The notes under the pieces are model-generated. The model did not search any database. It saw only the letters and a program-made list of their open reading frames with translations, and was not told where the DNA came from. Below, piece by piece: positions 21,873 through 32,688 of a DNA stretch of 64,000 nt. The position numbers and the translations under genes are program-made. The stretch is from Gammaproteobacteria bacterium (GTDB taxonomy: Bacteria > Pseudomonadota > Gammaproteobacteria > Eutrophobiales > Eutrophobiaceae): assembly GCA_965215365.1 (NCBI GenBank), contig CBDCDS010000003.1, positions 1,952,001 through 2,016,000 of the forward strand, given 5' to 3'. The first letter of the stretch is position 1, and every line of letters begins with the position of its first letter.

Positions 21873-22378
21873 TACAGTTTCGGCAACAAAATCCCACTGC
21901 ATCTGACATCGTAGTCGGGCAGGTTGATGCTGACACTCAAGTCGTCATTCGGCAAAAAGGTTAAACTCAAGCCATCTAGGTGCGCCTCTTCGTTTTGCCG
22001 GGAATTATGATCATCACTGCTTACAACACTTCCACTTTCAATACGTCTGCTACTAATCGGACCCCAGCCTACCAGTGTTAAGCGATACCCGAATTTCTCA
22101 AAGATCGGAATTGAACTGAATTGAAGCTCATCAGTCTCTTTATCATACAACTGGCAACTGAACTCCGCAAAACACCGGCCTGATGAGCAGTTAATTTCGA
22201 AATGTGGGCTGCGCAGGTTGTAATGAATGTACCCATCGCCGATCGTGCATTGGGATGTAATATTCCCAAACCATTTACCATCCGGCACACCCGGCTGATC
22301 GGCCTGAATCTGTACAGAGAACAACCCAAGTGCCGCGCACAACGCCACTGAGTAAAACCATATACCTGTCTTGACCAT
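21872..22378 (-). CDS. Exported hypothetical protein
   Basis: GGAGG RBS; signal peptide MVKTGIWFYSVALCAALGLFSVQIQA; lower GC. Confidence 0.65.
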   Translation of the reverse strand: MVKTGIWFYSVALCAALGLFSVQIQADQPGVPDGKWFGNITSQCTIGDGYIHYNLRSPHFEINCSSGRCFAEFSCQLYDKETDELQFSSIPIFEKFGYRLTLVGWGPISSRRIESGSVVSSDDHNSRQNEEAHLDGLSLTFLPNDDLSVSINLPDYDVRCSGILLPKL

Positions 22379-22401
22379 CTCGCACCTCCCCATTTATTGA
22401 A

Positions 22402-22659
22402 GTGCCGATTATAGCAGAAGCTGCCTTTAGACCTGTATCGAAACTGCCTGACGGACCCATTACCGAAGGCCCGGTGTTGTGTCTGGACATCGACGGCGTA
22501 CTCTCGCCGGTCGCCCAGAATATCCTTGCTTATGATGAGTGGCCTGATAGAGCGACACGCGAGTCCGATCTGGAGACGTTCAAATCACGCCCAGGCCCCT
22601 CGTTACCACCGCGGGATTTGGGCGGAAATTCTAAAGTTGACTTTCCTTGCCCGCTGTAG
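22402..22659 (+). pseudogene. N-terminal fragment of a HAD-superfamily gene
   Basis: PVLCLDIDGVL (HAD motif I), followed by unrelated sequence and an early stop. Confidence 0.45.
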
Positions 22660-22705
22660 CACAATCGCCGTTGATGTGTTCTGCTCAACCATCGGGAGAC
22701 AGATA

Positions 22706-23243
22706 ATGAAACGATCTATTCTTTACCCCCCCCCCCCCATTCAAAAGACTGACGACCCTCATCGCCACACTGGTGGCGCTGACCGCGCCGGTGGCCGTTA
22801 AGGCCCAGACCGCATGCACACTCAAGGATGTTACGGTGTCCCAGACGTTTCCAGTAGCAGGCGCCCCTGTTAATGAAGCAGGCCAGGTCATCATCGACGT
22901 GTCTTTCCCGAGCACATGCCCCGCCCGGACCCGGCCGCTGACGGTCTGCATCGATCTGTGGGACACGACCGCCTGCCCGCCGGGCGCGCCGGTAAACAGT
23001 TGTGACGGGAACATCCGCGGCAGCACCGGGTTTATGCCAAGCGGCGGCTGGGTGCGCGACCGCGGCCCGACGGTCTGCAATAGGCGATTCCTTGAAGACA
23101 TTGGAGGAACAATCCAACACCAACTCAATTTCACGTTCAGCGTTCAGGATGACAGCGTCAAGGCAGATCGACAGAACTATCTCATCGTGCACACGCACAA
23201 CCCGTATCAGGTTTTGCGGATTCCCATCGTGGATAATGACTGA
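22706..23243 (+). CDS. Secreted Calx-beta-like protein, frameshifted at a C13 tract (candidate phase-variable gene, OFF)
   Basis: GGAG RBS and ATG 22706 give MKRSILY-PPPP; the signal peptide FKRLTTLIATLVALTAPVAVKAQ is in the +1 frame; mature part has PVNEAG...FSVQDDSV...IPIVDND. Confidence 0.65.
22726..22738 (+). repeat. Poly-C homopolymer (13 C)
   Basis: Counted directly; 20 nt after ATG 22706. Confidence 0.9.
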
Positions 23244-23318
23244 CCCGCGCCAAGCGGTCTGTGGGCTGCCTTGTCCACACTGGGTGTTTCGGCAGTTTTC
23301 AAACTGAGACACTACCCA

Positions 23319-23415
23319 GCAGTGGGTTATGTGGAAAGAGCAGCAGTATGATCATCACTTATTGAGAGCAATTATGTTTCACAAGGCAACAAGCGACTTG
23401 GTGAGATATGCGGGC
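23319..23415 (+). mobile_element. MITE family A, right part, abutting the lipA start
   Basis: GCAGTGGGTTATGTGGAAAGAG...ACTTGGTGAGATATGCGGGC|TA; aligns with 28218-28314. Confidence 0.8.
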
Positions 23416-23419
23416 TAGG

Positions 23420-24373
23420 ATGAATACAGCCGCGCTGCAAAATCTGACCAAGGGAGAACGGCGCGGCGAGTTCAAAACCGCGCGTATCCCGATCAGGGTT
23501 GTGCCGATGGAAGGCAAGGCACCGAGAAAACCTCGGTGGATCAGAGCCAAAGCGCCGACCGATCCCAAAGTATTTGAACTGAAACGGCTGCTACGGGAAC
23601 GCGCCTTGCATACCGTGTGTGAAGAGGCCTCCTGTCCTAACTTAGGTGAGTGCTTTGCACGCGGCACCGCCACCTTCATGATCATGGGCGACACCTGCAC
23701 CCGGCGCTGCCCGTTCTGTGACGTTGCCCATGGCCGCCCCCAACCCTTGGATGAAAATGAACCGGCACACCTAGCCGATGCAGTCAAATTGATGGGTCTG
23801 AAATACGTGGTCATCACCTCCGTTGATCGGGATGACCTGAAAGACGGCGGCGCCGGGCACTTCCGGGATTGTATCCGCGCGGTGCGCCGGGCGGCCCCGA
23901 CCACCCGTATTGAAATACTGACCCCGGACTTCCGTCGCCGCATGGAAATTGCGCTGGAACGCCTGGGCGAAGCGCCCCCCGATGTGTTCAATCACAATCT
24001 GGAGACGACACCGGCCTTGTACCGCAAGGCCAGACCGGGCGCCGACTATCTCTGGTCGCTGGACCTGATTCGCAGGTTTAAGGCGCAACATACTGACATC
24101 CCGACAAAATCCGGACTCATGCTGGGCTTGGGGGAAGAACTGAACGAGGTCAAACAGGTATTACGCGACCTCAGGGAGCACGACTGCGACATGCTCACCC
24201 TGGGCCAGTACCTGCAACCGAGCCGCTACCACCTGAAAGTAGAACGATTTGTGGAGCCGTCCGAGTTCGACGAACTGGGCGGCTACGCCAGACAGTTGGG
24301 CTTCACCAACGTCGCCAGCGCCCCCATGGTGCGTTCGTCCTACCACGCCGACCTGCAGGCGGCGGAGGTATAA
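23420..24373 (+). CDS. lipA: Lipoyl synthase
   Basis: [27 protein letters not shown]; alternative in-frame ATG 23408 lies inside the MITE TIR. Confidence 0.97.
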   Translation: MNTAALQNLTKGERRGEFKTARIPIRVVPMEGKAPRKPRWIRAKAPTDPKVFELKRLLRERALHTVCEEASCPNLGECFARGTATFMIMGDTCTRRCPFCDVAHGRPQPLDENEPAHLADAVKLMGLKYVVITSVDRDDLKDGGAGHFRDCIRAVRRAAPTTRIEILTPDFRRRMEIALERLGEAPPDVFNHNLETTPALYRKARPGADYLWSLDLIRRFKAQHTDIPTKSGLMLGLGEELNEVKQVLRDLREHDCDMLTLGQYLQPSRYHLKVERFVEPSEFDELGGYARQLGFTNVASAPMVRSSYHADLQAAEV

Positions 24374-24423
24374 AGGCGCCTCTTACACAGACGCCGCTCA
24401 CATTGCTGGAAAGAATACCCCTG

Positions 24424-24810
24424 TCACCACAACCGATTGACGTGGTAACGGTCGAATATCGAGTCTACCGATATAATCACAAGGTTACGCCTCAAGGCCT
24501 GGGCAATCAGAATCCGGTCGAACGGATCGCGATGAGGGCCAGGCAATCGTCCGGCCTGAGCAGCGTCCGCTACACTGATCGCCAGTTTCTCGAAGCCCTG
24601 GTTAGCGATCGCAGCGACAACATCAACAGCTGCAACCTCGCCTTCGGGTAGTTTGCCGAGCCGGAACTTAGTGGCGATTTCCCAGGCCGATGCCGCACTC
24701 ACGACAATATCATTTGTCTCATCTGCAATAACGCCTCGTGCGGTTGTCGACAAACGCCTGCTGTCCGCGAGCCACCACAGAAAGGCATGGGTGTCCAGCA
24801 ACGCACGCAC
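24424..24810 (-). CDS. VapC/PIN-domain toxin
   Basis: LLDTHAFLWW, SAASAWEIATK, HRDPFDRILIAQA. Confidence 0.9.
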   Translation of the reverse strand: MRALLDTHAFLWWLADSRRLSTTARGVIADETNDIVVSAASAWEIATKFRLGKLPEGEVAAVDVVAAIANQGFEKLAISVADAAQAGRLPGPHRDPFDRILIAQALRRNLVIISVDSIFDRYHVNRLW

Positions 24811-24812
24811 AA

Positions 24813-25046
24813 TTATCGGCCTTCCCAAACCTGAAGTTCTTCCTCTGGCAACGGGTCAAGGAATTCGTCAGGTATAGCGAGCTTTCCCTTGAGGGCATCC
24901 GGTTGCCGCTTGCTCTTCGCCTTGCAGCCAACGAGCCGCGCAACAGGTTCTCCCCGGCGGCTGATAACAATATCCTCACCTGCCTCAACTTGTGCCAACA
25001 GACGGGAAAGGTGTGTCTTGGCTTGGTGGACATTTACGATAGGCAT
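24813..25046 (-). CDS. Phd/YefM-family antitoxin
   Basis: VNVHQAKTHLSRLL...GEDIVISRRGEPVARL. Confidence 0.9.
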   Translation of the reverse strand: MPIVNVHQAKTHLSRLLAQVEAGEDIVISRRGEPVARLVGCKAKSKRQPDALKGKLAIPDEFLDPLPEEELQVWEGR

Positions 25047-25140
25047 GACTCTTCACTCCAGAAGGAAACACAGGTTAGCTAACAGGATAGTCAGGTTATG
25101 AGTCGAGATCAAGGTCCTGCACGGTCGCCTCTAATTTTTA

Positions 25141-25300
25141 GCCCGCATATCTCACCAGGTGATGCGAAGATCGCGCCGGATTTTGTGATGCGCCCCTTCC
25201 CTGGGGCGCCCCCTACGGGCGTCCTGCGGACGTCCAAATCCGATCCGGGCGGATTTGTGAGTCAGCGGGCACTCACGACCGAAAGCATAGTTATTCTTCA
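25141..25300 (+). mobile_element. MITE family A left part with nested REP-like hairpins
   Basis: TA|GCCCGCATATCTCACCAGGTGATGCGAAGATCGCGCC...CGAAAGCATAGT; internal hairpins GCGCCCC..GGGGCGC and CAAATCCG..CGGATTTG. Confidence 0.75.
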
Positions 25301-25306
25301 AATCAT

Positions 25307-26662
25307 TCACCGATCGTCCCCATCAATCATGTTAACAGTCGAGCGGATGCTTCCCTTTGAAAATCGGGTACTGATCTCGGCATTTTCCCCTAGCTGGTCG
25401 GCCCGGCGCACGATGTTGTGGTCTGCATCGGTAACGATGGCGTAGCCGCGTTCCAGGGTGGCGAGGGGGCTCACTGTGTGCAGAGAGCGGGTCAGATAGT
25501 CCAGTTGCTTCCGGCGGTTTTGCAGGTTGTGCAGCAGATGGTTTTGCAGTTGCCGCTCCAGCATTGTGCACCGGGTGCGGTATCCTGTCAGTTGTCGCAA
25601 CGGGTTGGCGCTGTTAAGAATATCCGTCAGCCGTTGCAGGCGGCTGTGGCGCAGGTTGATAGTGTTACCCAGCGCCAGACCCAGGCGCACGGACAGGTCG
25701 TCGGTGCGTTGCGTCATGTTGCGCAGCAGGTGGGTGGGGCGGGGCAGGCGTTTCGATAGTTGTGTGACGTGGTGCCGGCGGGCTTGCAACAGCTGCGCGA
25801 GATGCTGCTGGAGTTGCCAGTGTGTGGCATTCAGGCCGGACAATAAGGCAACCGTATCGGGGCTGACCAGTTCTGCGGCCGCGGACGGGGTGGGGGCGCG
25901 CTGGTCGGCGACAAAATCGGCGATAGTAAAGTCTATTTCGTGGCCGATGCCGCTTACCAGGGGGATGGTTGACTGGTAAATGGCCCTGGCTACGGTTTCT
26001 TCATTAAATGACCACAAATCCTCCAGCGAGCCGCCGCCGCGCGCCAGGACCAGCACCTCACATTCCCGGCGCCGGTTGGCTTCGGTAATCGCCTGGGCAA
26101 TCTGTTGCGCCGCGCCTTCACCCTGCACGGGCGCCGGATAGATGATGACCCCGGCGCTGGCGTAACGCCGGCCCAGCACCTGGATGATGTCCCTGACCGC
26201 CGCGCCGGCAGGGGAGGTGATGACCCCGATAGTGCGGGGAAACGCGGGTGGCGCCTGTTTATGCTCGGCGGCAAACAGACCCTCTTCTTGCAGACGTTGT
26301 TTCAGTTGCTCGAATGCCAGTTGCAGCGCGCCGGCGCCGGCCGGTTCCAGATGTTCGACGAGCAACTGGTACTCCCCGCGGCCTTCATACAGGCTGACGC
26401 CCACCCGGGCCAGCACTTCCTGGCCGTTCTCCAGCCGCATGCGCAGGTTACGGTTGGTACTTTTGAACATGGCGCAGCGCACCTGGGAATGCCGGTCTTT
26501 CAAAGAGAAGTAAAGGTGGCCGGAAGCGGGCCGGGCCAGGTTGGAAACCTCGCCGCGTACCCATACAGGCGGCGGAAAACTGTCCTCCAGCACGGCCCTG
26601 ACCTCGCGGTTCAGACGGGTGACGGTGTAGATGTCGCGTGGTTCGGAAGTGTCGGTGTTCAT
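25307..26662 (-). CDS. xseA: Exodeoxyribonuclease VII large subunit
   Basis: WVRGEVSN...[47 protein letters not shown]. Confidence 0.97.
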   Translation of the reverse strand: MNTDTSEPRDIYTVTRLNREVRAVLEDSFPPPVWVRGEVSNLARPASGHLYFSLKDRHSQVRCAMFKSTNRNLRMRLENGQEVLARVGVSLYEGRGEYQLLVEHLEPAGAGALQLAFEQLKQRLQEEGLFAAEHKQAPPAFPRTIGVITSPAGAAVRDIIQVLGRRYASAGVIIYPAPVQGEGAAQQIAQAITEANRRRECEVLVLARGGGSLEDLWSFNEETVARAIYQSTIPLVSGIGHEIDFTIADFVADQRAPTPSAAAELVSPDTVALLSGLNATHWQLQQHLAQLLQARRHHVTQLSKRLPRPTHLLRNMTQRTDDLSVRLGLALGNTINLRHSRLQRLTDILNSANPLRQLTGYRTRCTMLERQLQNHLLHNLQNRRKQLDYLTRSLHTVSPLATLERGYAIVTDADHNIVRRADQLGENAEISTRFSKGSIRSTVNMIDGDDR

Positions 26663-26684
26663 GGTGAGCTTTTATTGTATAATA

Positions 26685-26820
26685 GCCCGCATATCTCACC
26701 AAGTGATGCGAAGATCGCGCCGGATTGGTGCTGCCTGCGGGTGCCTGCGAACGAAAGCATAGTGGTTCTCTGGTTGAGTGACAAATCGGCAGGACTGCCG
26801 ATTTGCACGGCGTCAGCCGC
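26685..26820 (+). mobile_element. MITE family A left part plus REP-like hairpin
   Basis: TA|GCCCGCATATCTCACCAAGTGATGCGAAG...CGAAAGCATAGT...AAATCGGCAG-GA-CTGCCGATTT. Confidence 0.75.
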
Positions 26821-27127
26821 GCATACCGTGTGTGAAGAGGCCTCCTGTCCTAACTTAGGTGAGTGCTTTGCACGCGGCACCGCCACCTTCATGATCATGG
26901 GCGACACCTGCACCCGGCGCTGCCCGTTCTGTGACGTTGCCCATGGCCGCCCCCAACCCCTGGATGAAAATGAACCGGCACACCTACTGAAAGTAGAACG
27001 ATTTGTGGAGCCGTCCGAGTTCGACGAACTGGGCGGCTACGCCAGACAGTTGGGCTTCACCAACGTCGCCAGCGCCCCCATGGTGCGTTCGTCCTACCAC
27101 GCCGACCTGCAGGCGGCGGAGGTATAG
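26821..27127 (+). pseudogene. lipA: Duplicated lipA remnant with internal deletion
   Basis: 26821-26986 matches 23608-23773 (1 SNP seen); 26987-27126 matches 24233-24372; 459 bp missing between them. Confidence 0.92.
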
Positions 27128-27152
27128 TTCCCCAGGTTGGATGGGTAAGAAG

Positions 27153-27542
27153 TCAGCTGCAACGCTGAGCTTGTATCAGCTTGCGGTAATCGAACTCCAG
27201 AATGTGCGCTAACTTTCTGGCCAGCGTTTTGTCTATAGTTCGTTTGTTATTTTCCATTTCGGAGAGGTGCCGCCGGCTGATGCCTGTCTGGCCTGCCAGT
27301 TGTATCTGGGTCAAGTCTGCTCGCAGGCGATACAATCTCAGATAGTAACCCGGAGTTCTGTAAGAATCGCCGTAGCGCTGTCTGATTTCATCATGCAGAA
27401 TTTGCGCGGGCACAAGCTCATCGTCTAGGTATTGCTCCATACTTGGGCTGATTATGTTTTTCAGACCTACCTGATCCGTTTTTTGGGCAGGCCTGGCAGA
27501 CACCTCTCCCAAATCGTGTTGAATACTCGATATATGACTCAT
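27153..27542 (-). CDS. XRE-family HTH antitoxin (HigA-like)
   Basis: LRLYRLRADLTQIQLAGQTGISRRHLSEMENNKR; ATGA overlap with the toxin stop. Confidence 0.8.
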   Translation of the reverse strand: MSHISSIQHDLGEVSARPAQKTDQVGLKNIISPSMEQYLDDELVPAQILHDEIRQRYGDSYRTPGYYLRLYRLRADLTQIQLAGQTGISRRHLSEMENNKRTIDKTLARKLAHILEFDYRKLIQAQRCS

Positions 27543-27805
27543 CTGTAAGCCTCTCGTCGATGTCCGACATAAAACACTTCTATCTTGAAGGTATGCTCCA
27601 GGGTTACGCAATAACGCATTCGATACCTGTAATTCAGCCGCAGACGATATTCATCTCTGCCGGTTTTCAAAGTATCCCACTCAACAGGGTTAACACCTTG
27701 CTCCTCTATGTCAGTCACGGCAAGTTCGGCCAAAGCACGTATCTTTTTTGGCAGCTTTGCCAGTTGTTTATTCGCCTTCTTGGTCATGTAAACGGTCCAT
27801 GTCAT
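27539..27805 (-). CDS. RelE/HigB-family toxin
   Basis: WTVYMTKKANKQLAKLP...YRLRLNYRYR...YVGHRREAY; toxin-first gene order. Confidence 0.82.
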   Translation of the reverse strand: MTWTVYMTKKANKQLAKLPKKIRALAELAVTDIEEQGVNPVEWDTLKTGRDEYRLRLNYRYRMRYCVTLEHTFKIEVFYVGHRREAYR

Positions 27806-27935
27806 GGCGTGGATTATACACTATCGACTGGTACGGAGTTACAAAAAGTAGCAATCAAAGGATAATTTTTAGGCGCAAAGAAAGAAAGTGAGTGAGTGAG
27901 ATAGTGGGGTTTGTAAAATTATCGAGAAATAACGA

Positions 27936-28166
27936 CAGCCGCATGCGCAGGTTACGGTTGGCGCTTTTGAACATGGCGCAGCGCACCTGGGAATGCCGGT
28001 CTTTCAAAGAGAAGTAAAGGTGACCGGAAGCGGGCCGGGCTAGGTTGGAAACCTCGCCGCGTACCCATACAGGCGGCGGAAAACTGTCCTCCAGCACGGC
28101 CCTGACCTCGCGGTTCAGACGGGTGACGGTGTAGATGTCGCGTGGTTCGGAAGTGTCGGTGTTCAT
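27936..28166 (-). pseudogene. xseA: Duplicated 5' fragment of xseA
   Basis: 27936-28216 matches 26432-26712 (offset 1504) with 4 substitutions; truncated after ~77 codons. Confidence 0.92.
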
Positions 28167-28188
28167 GGTGAGCTTTTATTGTATAATA

Positions 28189-28314
28189 GCCCGCATATCT
28201 CACCAAGTGATGCGAACGCAGTGTGTTATGTGGAAAGAGTAGCAGTATTATCATAACTTATTGATAGCAGAAATGTTTCACAAGACGACAAGCGACTTGG
28301 TGAGATCTGCGGGA
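28189..28314 (+). mobile_element. Complete MITE family A (126 bp) in the xseA'-guaB intergenic region
   Basis: TA|GCCCGCATATCTCACCAAGT...ACTTGGTGAGATCTGCGGGA|TA; ~20-bp TIRs with TA on both flanks. Confidence 0.85.
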
Positions 28315-28320
28315 TAGGCC

Positions 28321-29781
28321 ATGCAAATTATCGATGAAGCGCTCACCTTTGATGATGTCCTGCTGGTTCCGGCCCATTCGCGGGTACTGCCCGCGGAGGT
28401 GAGCCTGGAGACGCGCCTGACCCGGCGCATTACACTGAATATACCGTTCATCTCGGCGGCCATGGATACCGTGACCGAGGCGCGTCTGGCCATTGCCCTG
28501 GCCGCGCAGGGCGGCATGGGCATCATCCACAAAAACATGAGTCCGGAGCGCCAGGCCCGGGAAGTCTTGCAGGTGAAAAAATACGAGGCCGGCGTGATTC
28601 GCGACCCGGTCACCGTCACCCCGCGCGCCAGTATCGGCGAGGTGATGCAGCTCACGCGCGCGCACAACATCTCAGGCGTGCCTGTGGTTGACGGAACCGA
28701 TTTGGTGGGGATTGTCACCAGCAGGGACTTGCGCTTTGAGACCCGTTACGATGACCCCGTCGGTAACATTATGACGCCCAGGGAGCGCCTGGTCACGGTA
28801 ACGGAGGGCGCCGGCGCCGAGCAGATCATCTCATTGCTGCACCGGCACCGGATCGAGAAAGTCCTGGTCGTAAACGACAGCTTCGAACTCAAGGGTATGG
28901 TTACAGTCAAGGACATCCACAAGGCCAGAGAGTTCCCCAATTCCTGCAAGGACGAAGATGAACGCCTGCGGGTAGGTGCGGCAGTCGGCGTGGGGACGGG
29001 TACGCAGGAGCGGGTGGCCGCCCTGGTGGGCGCCGGTGCCGATGTGCTGGTAGTCGATACCGCCCACGGCCATTCCGAAGGTGTGTTGCAGGCGGTTCGG
29101 ACCATCAAAGCTGATTATCCTGATTGTGAGGTCATCGCCGGCAATGTCGTCACCGCAGCGGGGGCGCAAGCGCTGGTCGAAGCCGGCGCGGACGCGGTCA
29201 AGGTCGGGGTGGGACCCGGTTCAATCTGCACCACTCGCATAGTGACCGGGGTTGGTATGCCGCAAATCACCGCCGTCGCCAAGGTAGCGGAAGGACTCAA
29301 GGGCACCGGGGCGCCGTTTATCGCGGATGGCGGCATCCGTTATTCCGGCGACATTGCCAAGACTCTGGCCGCGGGGGCCTGGTCGGTCATGATCGGCAGC
29401 CTGTTTGCCGGCGCTGAAGAAGCGCCCGGCGAGGTCGAGCTGTTCCAAGGGCGTTCCTACAAGTCTTACCGGGGCATGGGTTCCGTGGGTGCCATGTCCC
29501 AGCAGCATGGCTCGTCCGATCGTTATTTCCAGGAGCACGACGAAATTGAAAAGCTGGTGCCGGAAGGTATCGAGGGGCGGGTGCCGTACAAGGGGCCGCT
29601 GCATGCCATTGTGCACCAGTTGAGCGGCGGGGTCAGGGCGGCAATGGGCTACACCGGCTGTAAGAACCTGGAGGACATGCGCAAGCAAGCGCACTTCGTC
29701 AAACTCACCGGTGCCGGCATAAAAGAAAGCCACGCCCACGACGTGACCATCACCAAGGAACCGCCGAATTACCGGGTGTGA
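28321..29781 (+). CDS. guaB: IMP dehydrogenase
   Basis: [12 protein letters not shown] pair, [15 protein letters not shown]. Confidence 0.98.
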   Translation: MQIIDEALTFDDVLLVPAHSRVLPAEVSLETRLTRRITLNIPFISAAMDTVTEARLAIALAAQGGMGIIHKNMSPERQAREVLQVKKYEAGVIRDPVTVTPRASIGEVMQLTRAHNISGVPVVDGTDLVGIVTSRDLRFETRYDDPVGNIMTPRERLVTVTEGAGAEQIISLLHRHRIEKVLVVNDSFELKGMVTVKDIHKAREFPNSCKDEDERLRVGAAVGVGTGTQERVAALVGAGADVLVVDTAHGHSEGVLQAVRTIKADYPDCEVIAGNVVTAAGAQALVEAGADAVKVGVGPGSICTTRIVTGVGMPQITAVAKVAEGLKGTGAPFIADGGIRYSGDIAKTLAAGAWSVMIGSLFAGAEEAPGEVELFQGRSYKSYRGMGSVGAMSQQHGSSDRYFQEHDEIEKLVPEGIEGRVPYKGPLHAIVHQLSGGVRAAMGYTGCKNLEDMRKQAHFVKLTGAGIKESHAHDVTITKEPPNYRV

Positions 29782-29785
29782 AGAG

Positions 29786-31360
29786 TTGCGCGATATTCAC
29801 AGTGATAAAATCCTGATCCTGGACTTCGGTTCCCAATACACCCGACTGATTGCCCGGCGCGTGCGCGAGCTGGGTGTCTATAACGAGATTTACCCGTTCG
29901 ACCTCGATGAGGAGTTAATCAGGCGCTTCAATCCAAAGGCCGTGATATTGTCCGGCGGCCCGGAATCAGTGACCGGCAACAACAGTGGGCGCGTCCCTGA
30001 GGTCGTATTTAACTCAGGTGTGCCGGTACTCGGGATCTGTTACGGCATGCAGACTATGGCGCAGCAACTTGGCGGGCAGGTGGCCGCCTCCAGCCGGCGC
30101 GAGTTCGGTTACGCTAGGGTGCGGGCGCGCGGGCATTCACGCCTGTTACGGGATCTTGAAGATGAGGTGAACGCGGCGGGTCACGGTCTGCTGGATGTGT
30201 GGATGAGCCACGGCGACAAGGTGGAGGAACTGCCCGCGGGGTTCAAGCGTATCGCCTCCACGGACAACGCCCCGATTGCCGGCATGGCCGACGAGACGCG
30301 CAATTTCTACGGCTTACAGTTTCATCCCGAAGTAACCCATACCCGCCAGGGCGCCGCCATCCTGCGCCGTTTTGCTTGTGATATCGCCGGTTGCGATACG
30401 CTTTGGAACCCGGACAATATCAGCGCCGACGCCATCGCCTCAGTGCGCGCCAGGGTGGGCCGCGACGAGGTGTTGCTGGCCTTGTCCGGCGGGGTCGATT
30501 CTGCAGTTACCGCGGCGCTGCTGCACCAGGCTATCGGCACGCAACTGACCTGTATCTTCGTCGATACCGGCTTGCTGCGCCTCAATGAAGGTGACCAGGT
30601 GATGGAGACCTTCTCCCGCCACCTGGGCATTCGCGTCATCCGGGTCAACGCCGAGCAGCGTTATCTGGACAAACTGAAGGGCGTGACCGACCCGGAAGAA
30701 AAACGCAAGCTCATCGGCCGCGAGTTCATTGCCATCTTTGAAGAGGAAGGCAAAAAGCTTAAAAATGAAAAATGGTTGGCCCAGGGCACCATCTACCCGG
30801 ACGTGATCGAGTCCGCCGGCGCCAACACCGGCAAGTCGCATGTCATCAAGTCGCATCACAATGTTGGCGGGCTGCCGGAACGCATGAACCTGAAACTGCT
30901 TGAACCCCTGCGCGAACTGTTCAAGGATGAGGTGCGCAAACTCGGCCAACAACTGGGATTGCCGGAAGAACTTATCCGGCGCCATCCGTTCCCGGGTCCG
31001 GGCCTGGGGGTAAGGATTCCGGGCGAGGTAAAAAAGGAATACGCCGACATTCTGCGTCAGGCCGACGATATATTTCTACGCGCCCTGGTCCGGCATGACC
31101 TGTATCACAAAACCAGTCAGGCGTTCGCGGTGTTCCTGCCGGTCAAATCCGTAGGCGTCAAGGGCGATGCCCGACATTACGACTACGTAATAGCCCTGCG
31201 CGCCGTGGAAACCGTCGATTTTATGACCGCCCGCTGGGCGCGCCTGCCGCACGAATTCCTGCAGGAAGTCTCCGAACGCATTGTGAACGAAGTGGACGGC
31301 GTCTCCCGAGTCGTCTATGACATCTCCGGCAAGCCGCCGGCGACGATAGAGTGGGAGTGA
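29786..31360 (+). CDS. guaA: GMP synthase (glutamine-hydrolysing)
   Basis: [36 protein letters not shown]. Confidence 0.98.
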   Translation: MRDIHSDKILILDFGSQYTRLIARRVRELGVYNEIYPFDLDEELIRRFNPKAVILSGGPESVTGNNSGRVPEVVFNSGVPVLGICYGMQTMAQQLGGQVAASSRREFGYARVRARGHSRLLRDLEDEVNAAGHGLLDVWMSHGDKVEELPAGFKRIASTDNAPIAGMADETRNFYGLQFHPEVTHTRQGAAILRRFACDIAGCDTLWNPDNISADAIASVRARVGRDEVLLALSGGVDSAVTAALLHQAIGTQLTCIFVDTGLLRLNEGDQVMETFSRHLGIRVIRVNAEQRYLDKLKGVTDPEEKRKLIGREFIAIFEEEGKKLKNEKWLAQGTIYPDVIESAGANTGKSHVIKSHHNVGGLPERMNLKLLEPLRELFKDEVRKLGQQLGLPEELIRRHPFPGPGLGVRIPGEVKKEYADILRQADDIFLRALVRHDLYHKTSQAFAVFLPVKSVGVKGDARHYDYVIALRAVETVDFMTARWARLPHEFLQEVSERIVNEVDGVSRVVYDISGKPPATIEWE

Positions 31361-31378
31361 CAGAAACTAAACTGGCAC

Positions 31379-32560
31379 TCAAGCCAAGAACCACGGCAGC
31401 ACCTCGAAACCCTTCAAGGAAAAACGTTCGTTGCCGCCATGGACGAGCAAGCCGCTGGTGTTGGGGTTAGTCGGCAGGGAGGTCCACCACTGCAGGCCAA
31501 GCACCGCATCAGCCGGCACGGTTTCGCCGGACTTTACCTCTACCGGGAGGATGTGTTCGCCCAGGTCGATCAGGGTATCTATCTCGTGGCCGGTTGCGTC
31601 GCGCCAGAAAAAGAGGGGCGGCTCACGGCGCCGGTTGGTAAAACTTTTTATAATCTCCGCTATCACATAAGACTCAAAAATGGCGCCCCGCAGTGGGTGT
31701 CCGGCTAACATTTCGGCATCTGTGATGCCCAGCAGGTAACAGGTCAAACCGCTGTCGAGAAGGTGCAGGCGCGGGCGTTTACGTAACCGTTTCCGGTAGT
31801 TTACATAGTGCGGCGGCAGCGTTATTGCGAGATAACCGATCTCCAGGGCATTCAGCCAACGCCGGGCGGTTTGTTGAGTGATTCCCACATCGCTCGCCAG
31901 CCGGGTGAGGTTGAGTTCTTGGGCAGTATTTGCAGCGACAAGCCTCACAAAGTTCTCAAACGCGCGCGTGTCTGAAACGTCCAATACGGCGCGCACATCG
32001 CGTTCGACGTAGGTGCGAAAGTAATCAGTCAACCATGCGCGCGCCGGAACCCCGGCGTCGTGGACACGTGGATAAAAGCCTTTGAACAGGGTTTGCCAGC
32101 GATCCAGCCCCGGCGTTGATTGTGAGCCGGTCGGTTGTGCAGGGTCGAACAGTTCCCGGCCGGTCAATTCGGCTATCGAGAGCGGATAAAGGCGCAACAG
32201 GGCGGTGCGTCCGGCTAGGGTTTGTGACACTGATTTCATCAACAGCAGGTTTTGTGAACCGGTAAGGATAAACCTGCCGGGGGTCGGATCTTCATCAACC
32301 AACCCCTGTATGTAGGAAAGCAAATCGGGGGCGCGCTGAACTTCGTCCAGAATGATTTTGGAACCGCCGGAGAGAAAACCACGCGGGTCCTCAATAGCCC
32401 TGGAACGAACGTCCGGCGCTTCGAGTGAAAAATAACTGTGCCCGGGGAACAGAGCCCGTACCAGGGTTGTTTTACCGGATTGCCGGGGTCCCGTCAGCGT
32501 CACTACGGGATTTTGTGTAGCTGCAAGTCGCAGGGCTGCTGAGATATGGCGGGGGAACAT
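31379..32560 (-). CDS. AAA+ ATPase with DUF4143/PD-(D/E)xK-like C-terminus
   Basis: GPRQSGKTT, ILDEVQR, LTGSQN, TYVERDV, FFWRD...EID...PVEVKS. Confidence 0.88.
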   Translation of the reverse strand: MFPRHISAALRLAATQNPVVTLTGPRQSGKTTLVRALFPGHSYFSLEAPDVRSRAIEDPRGFLSGGSKIILDEVQRAPDLLSYIQGLVDEDPTPGRFILTGSQNLLLMKSVSQTLAGRTALLRLYPLSIAELTGRELFDPAQPTGSQSTPGLDRWQTLFKGFYPRVHDAGVPARAWLTDYFRTYVERDVRAVLDVSDTRAFENFVRLVAANTAQELNLTRLASDVGITQQTARRWLNALEIGYLAITLPPHYVNYRKRLRKRPRLHLLDSGLTCYLLGITDAEMLAGHPLRGAIFESYVIAEIIKSFTNRRREPPLFFWRDATGHEIDTLIDLGEHILPVEVKSGETVPADAVLGLQWWTSLPTNPNTSGLLVHGGNERFSLKGFEVLPWFLA

Positions 32561-32688
32561 GACATGAGGATAGCTTACACTCTGCATTCATGTCAAATTG
32601 ATGATCGGATCATGGAACTGACATGACCAATAATGGTTTGAGCTTTATTATCCTTGCAATTCGTAATTGATTATTTCAAAATGCAAGG

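Noticed and set aside
26105-27127. 340-aa ORF ending in LipA sequence
   Set aside because: It is a chance read-through of antisense xseA, a MITE and the lipA remnant, with no plausible start or function.
26432-28216. Near-identical lipA and xseA repeats as DGR template/variable regions
   Set aside because: Differences are few and not adenine-specific, and there is no reverse transcriptase in the window.
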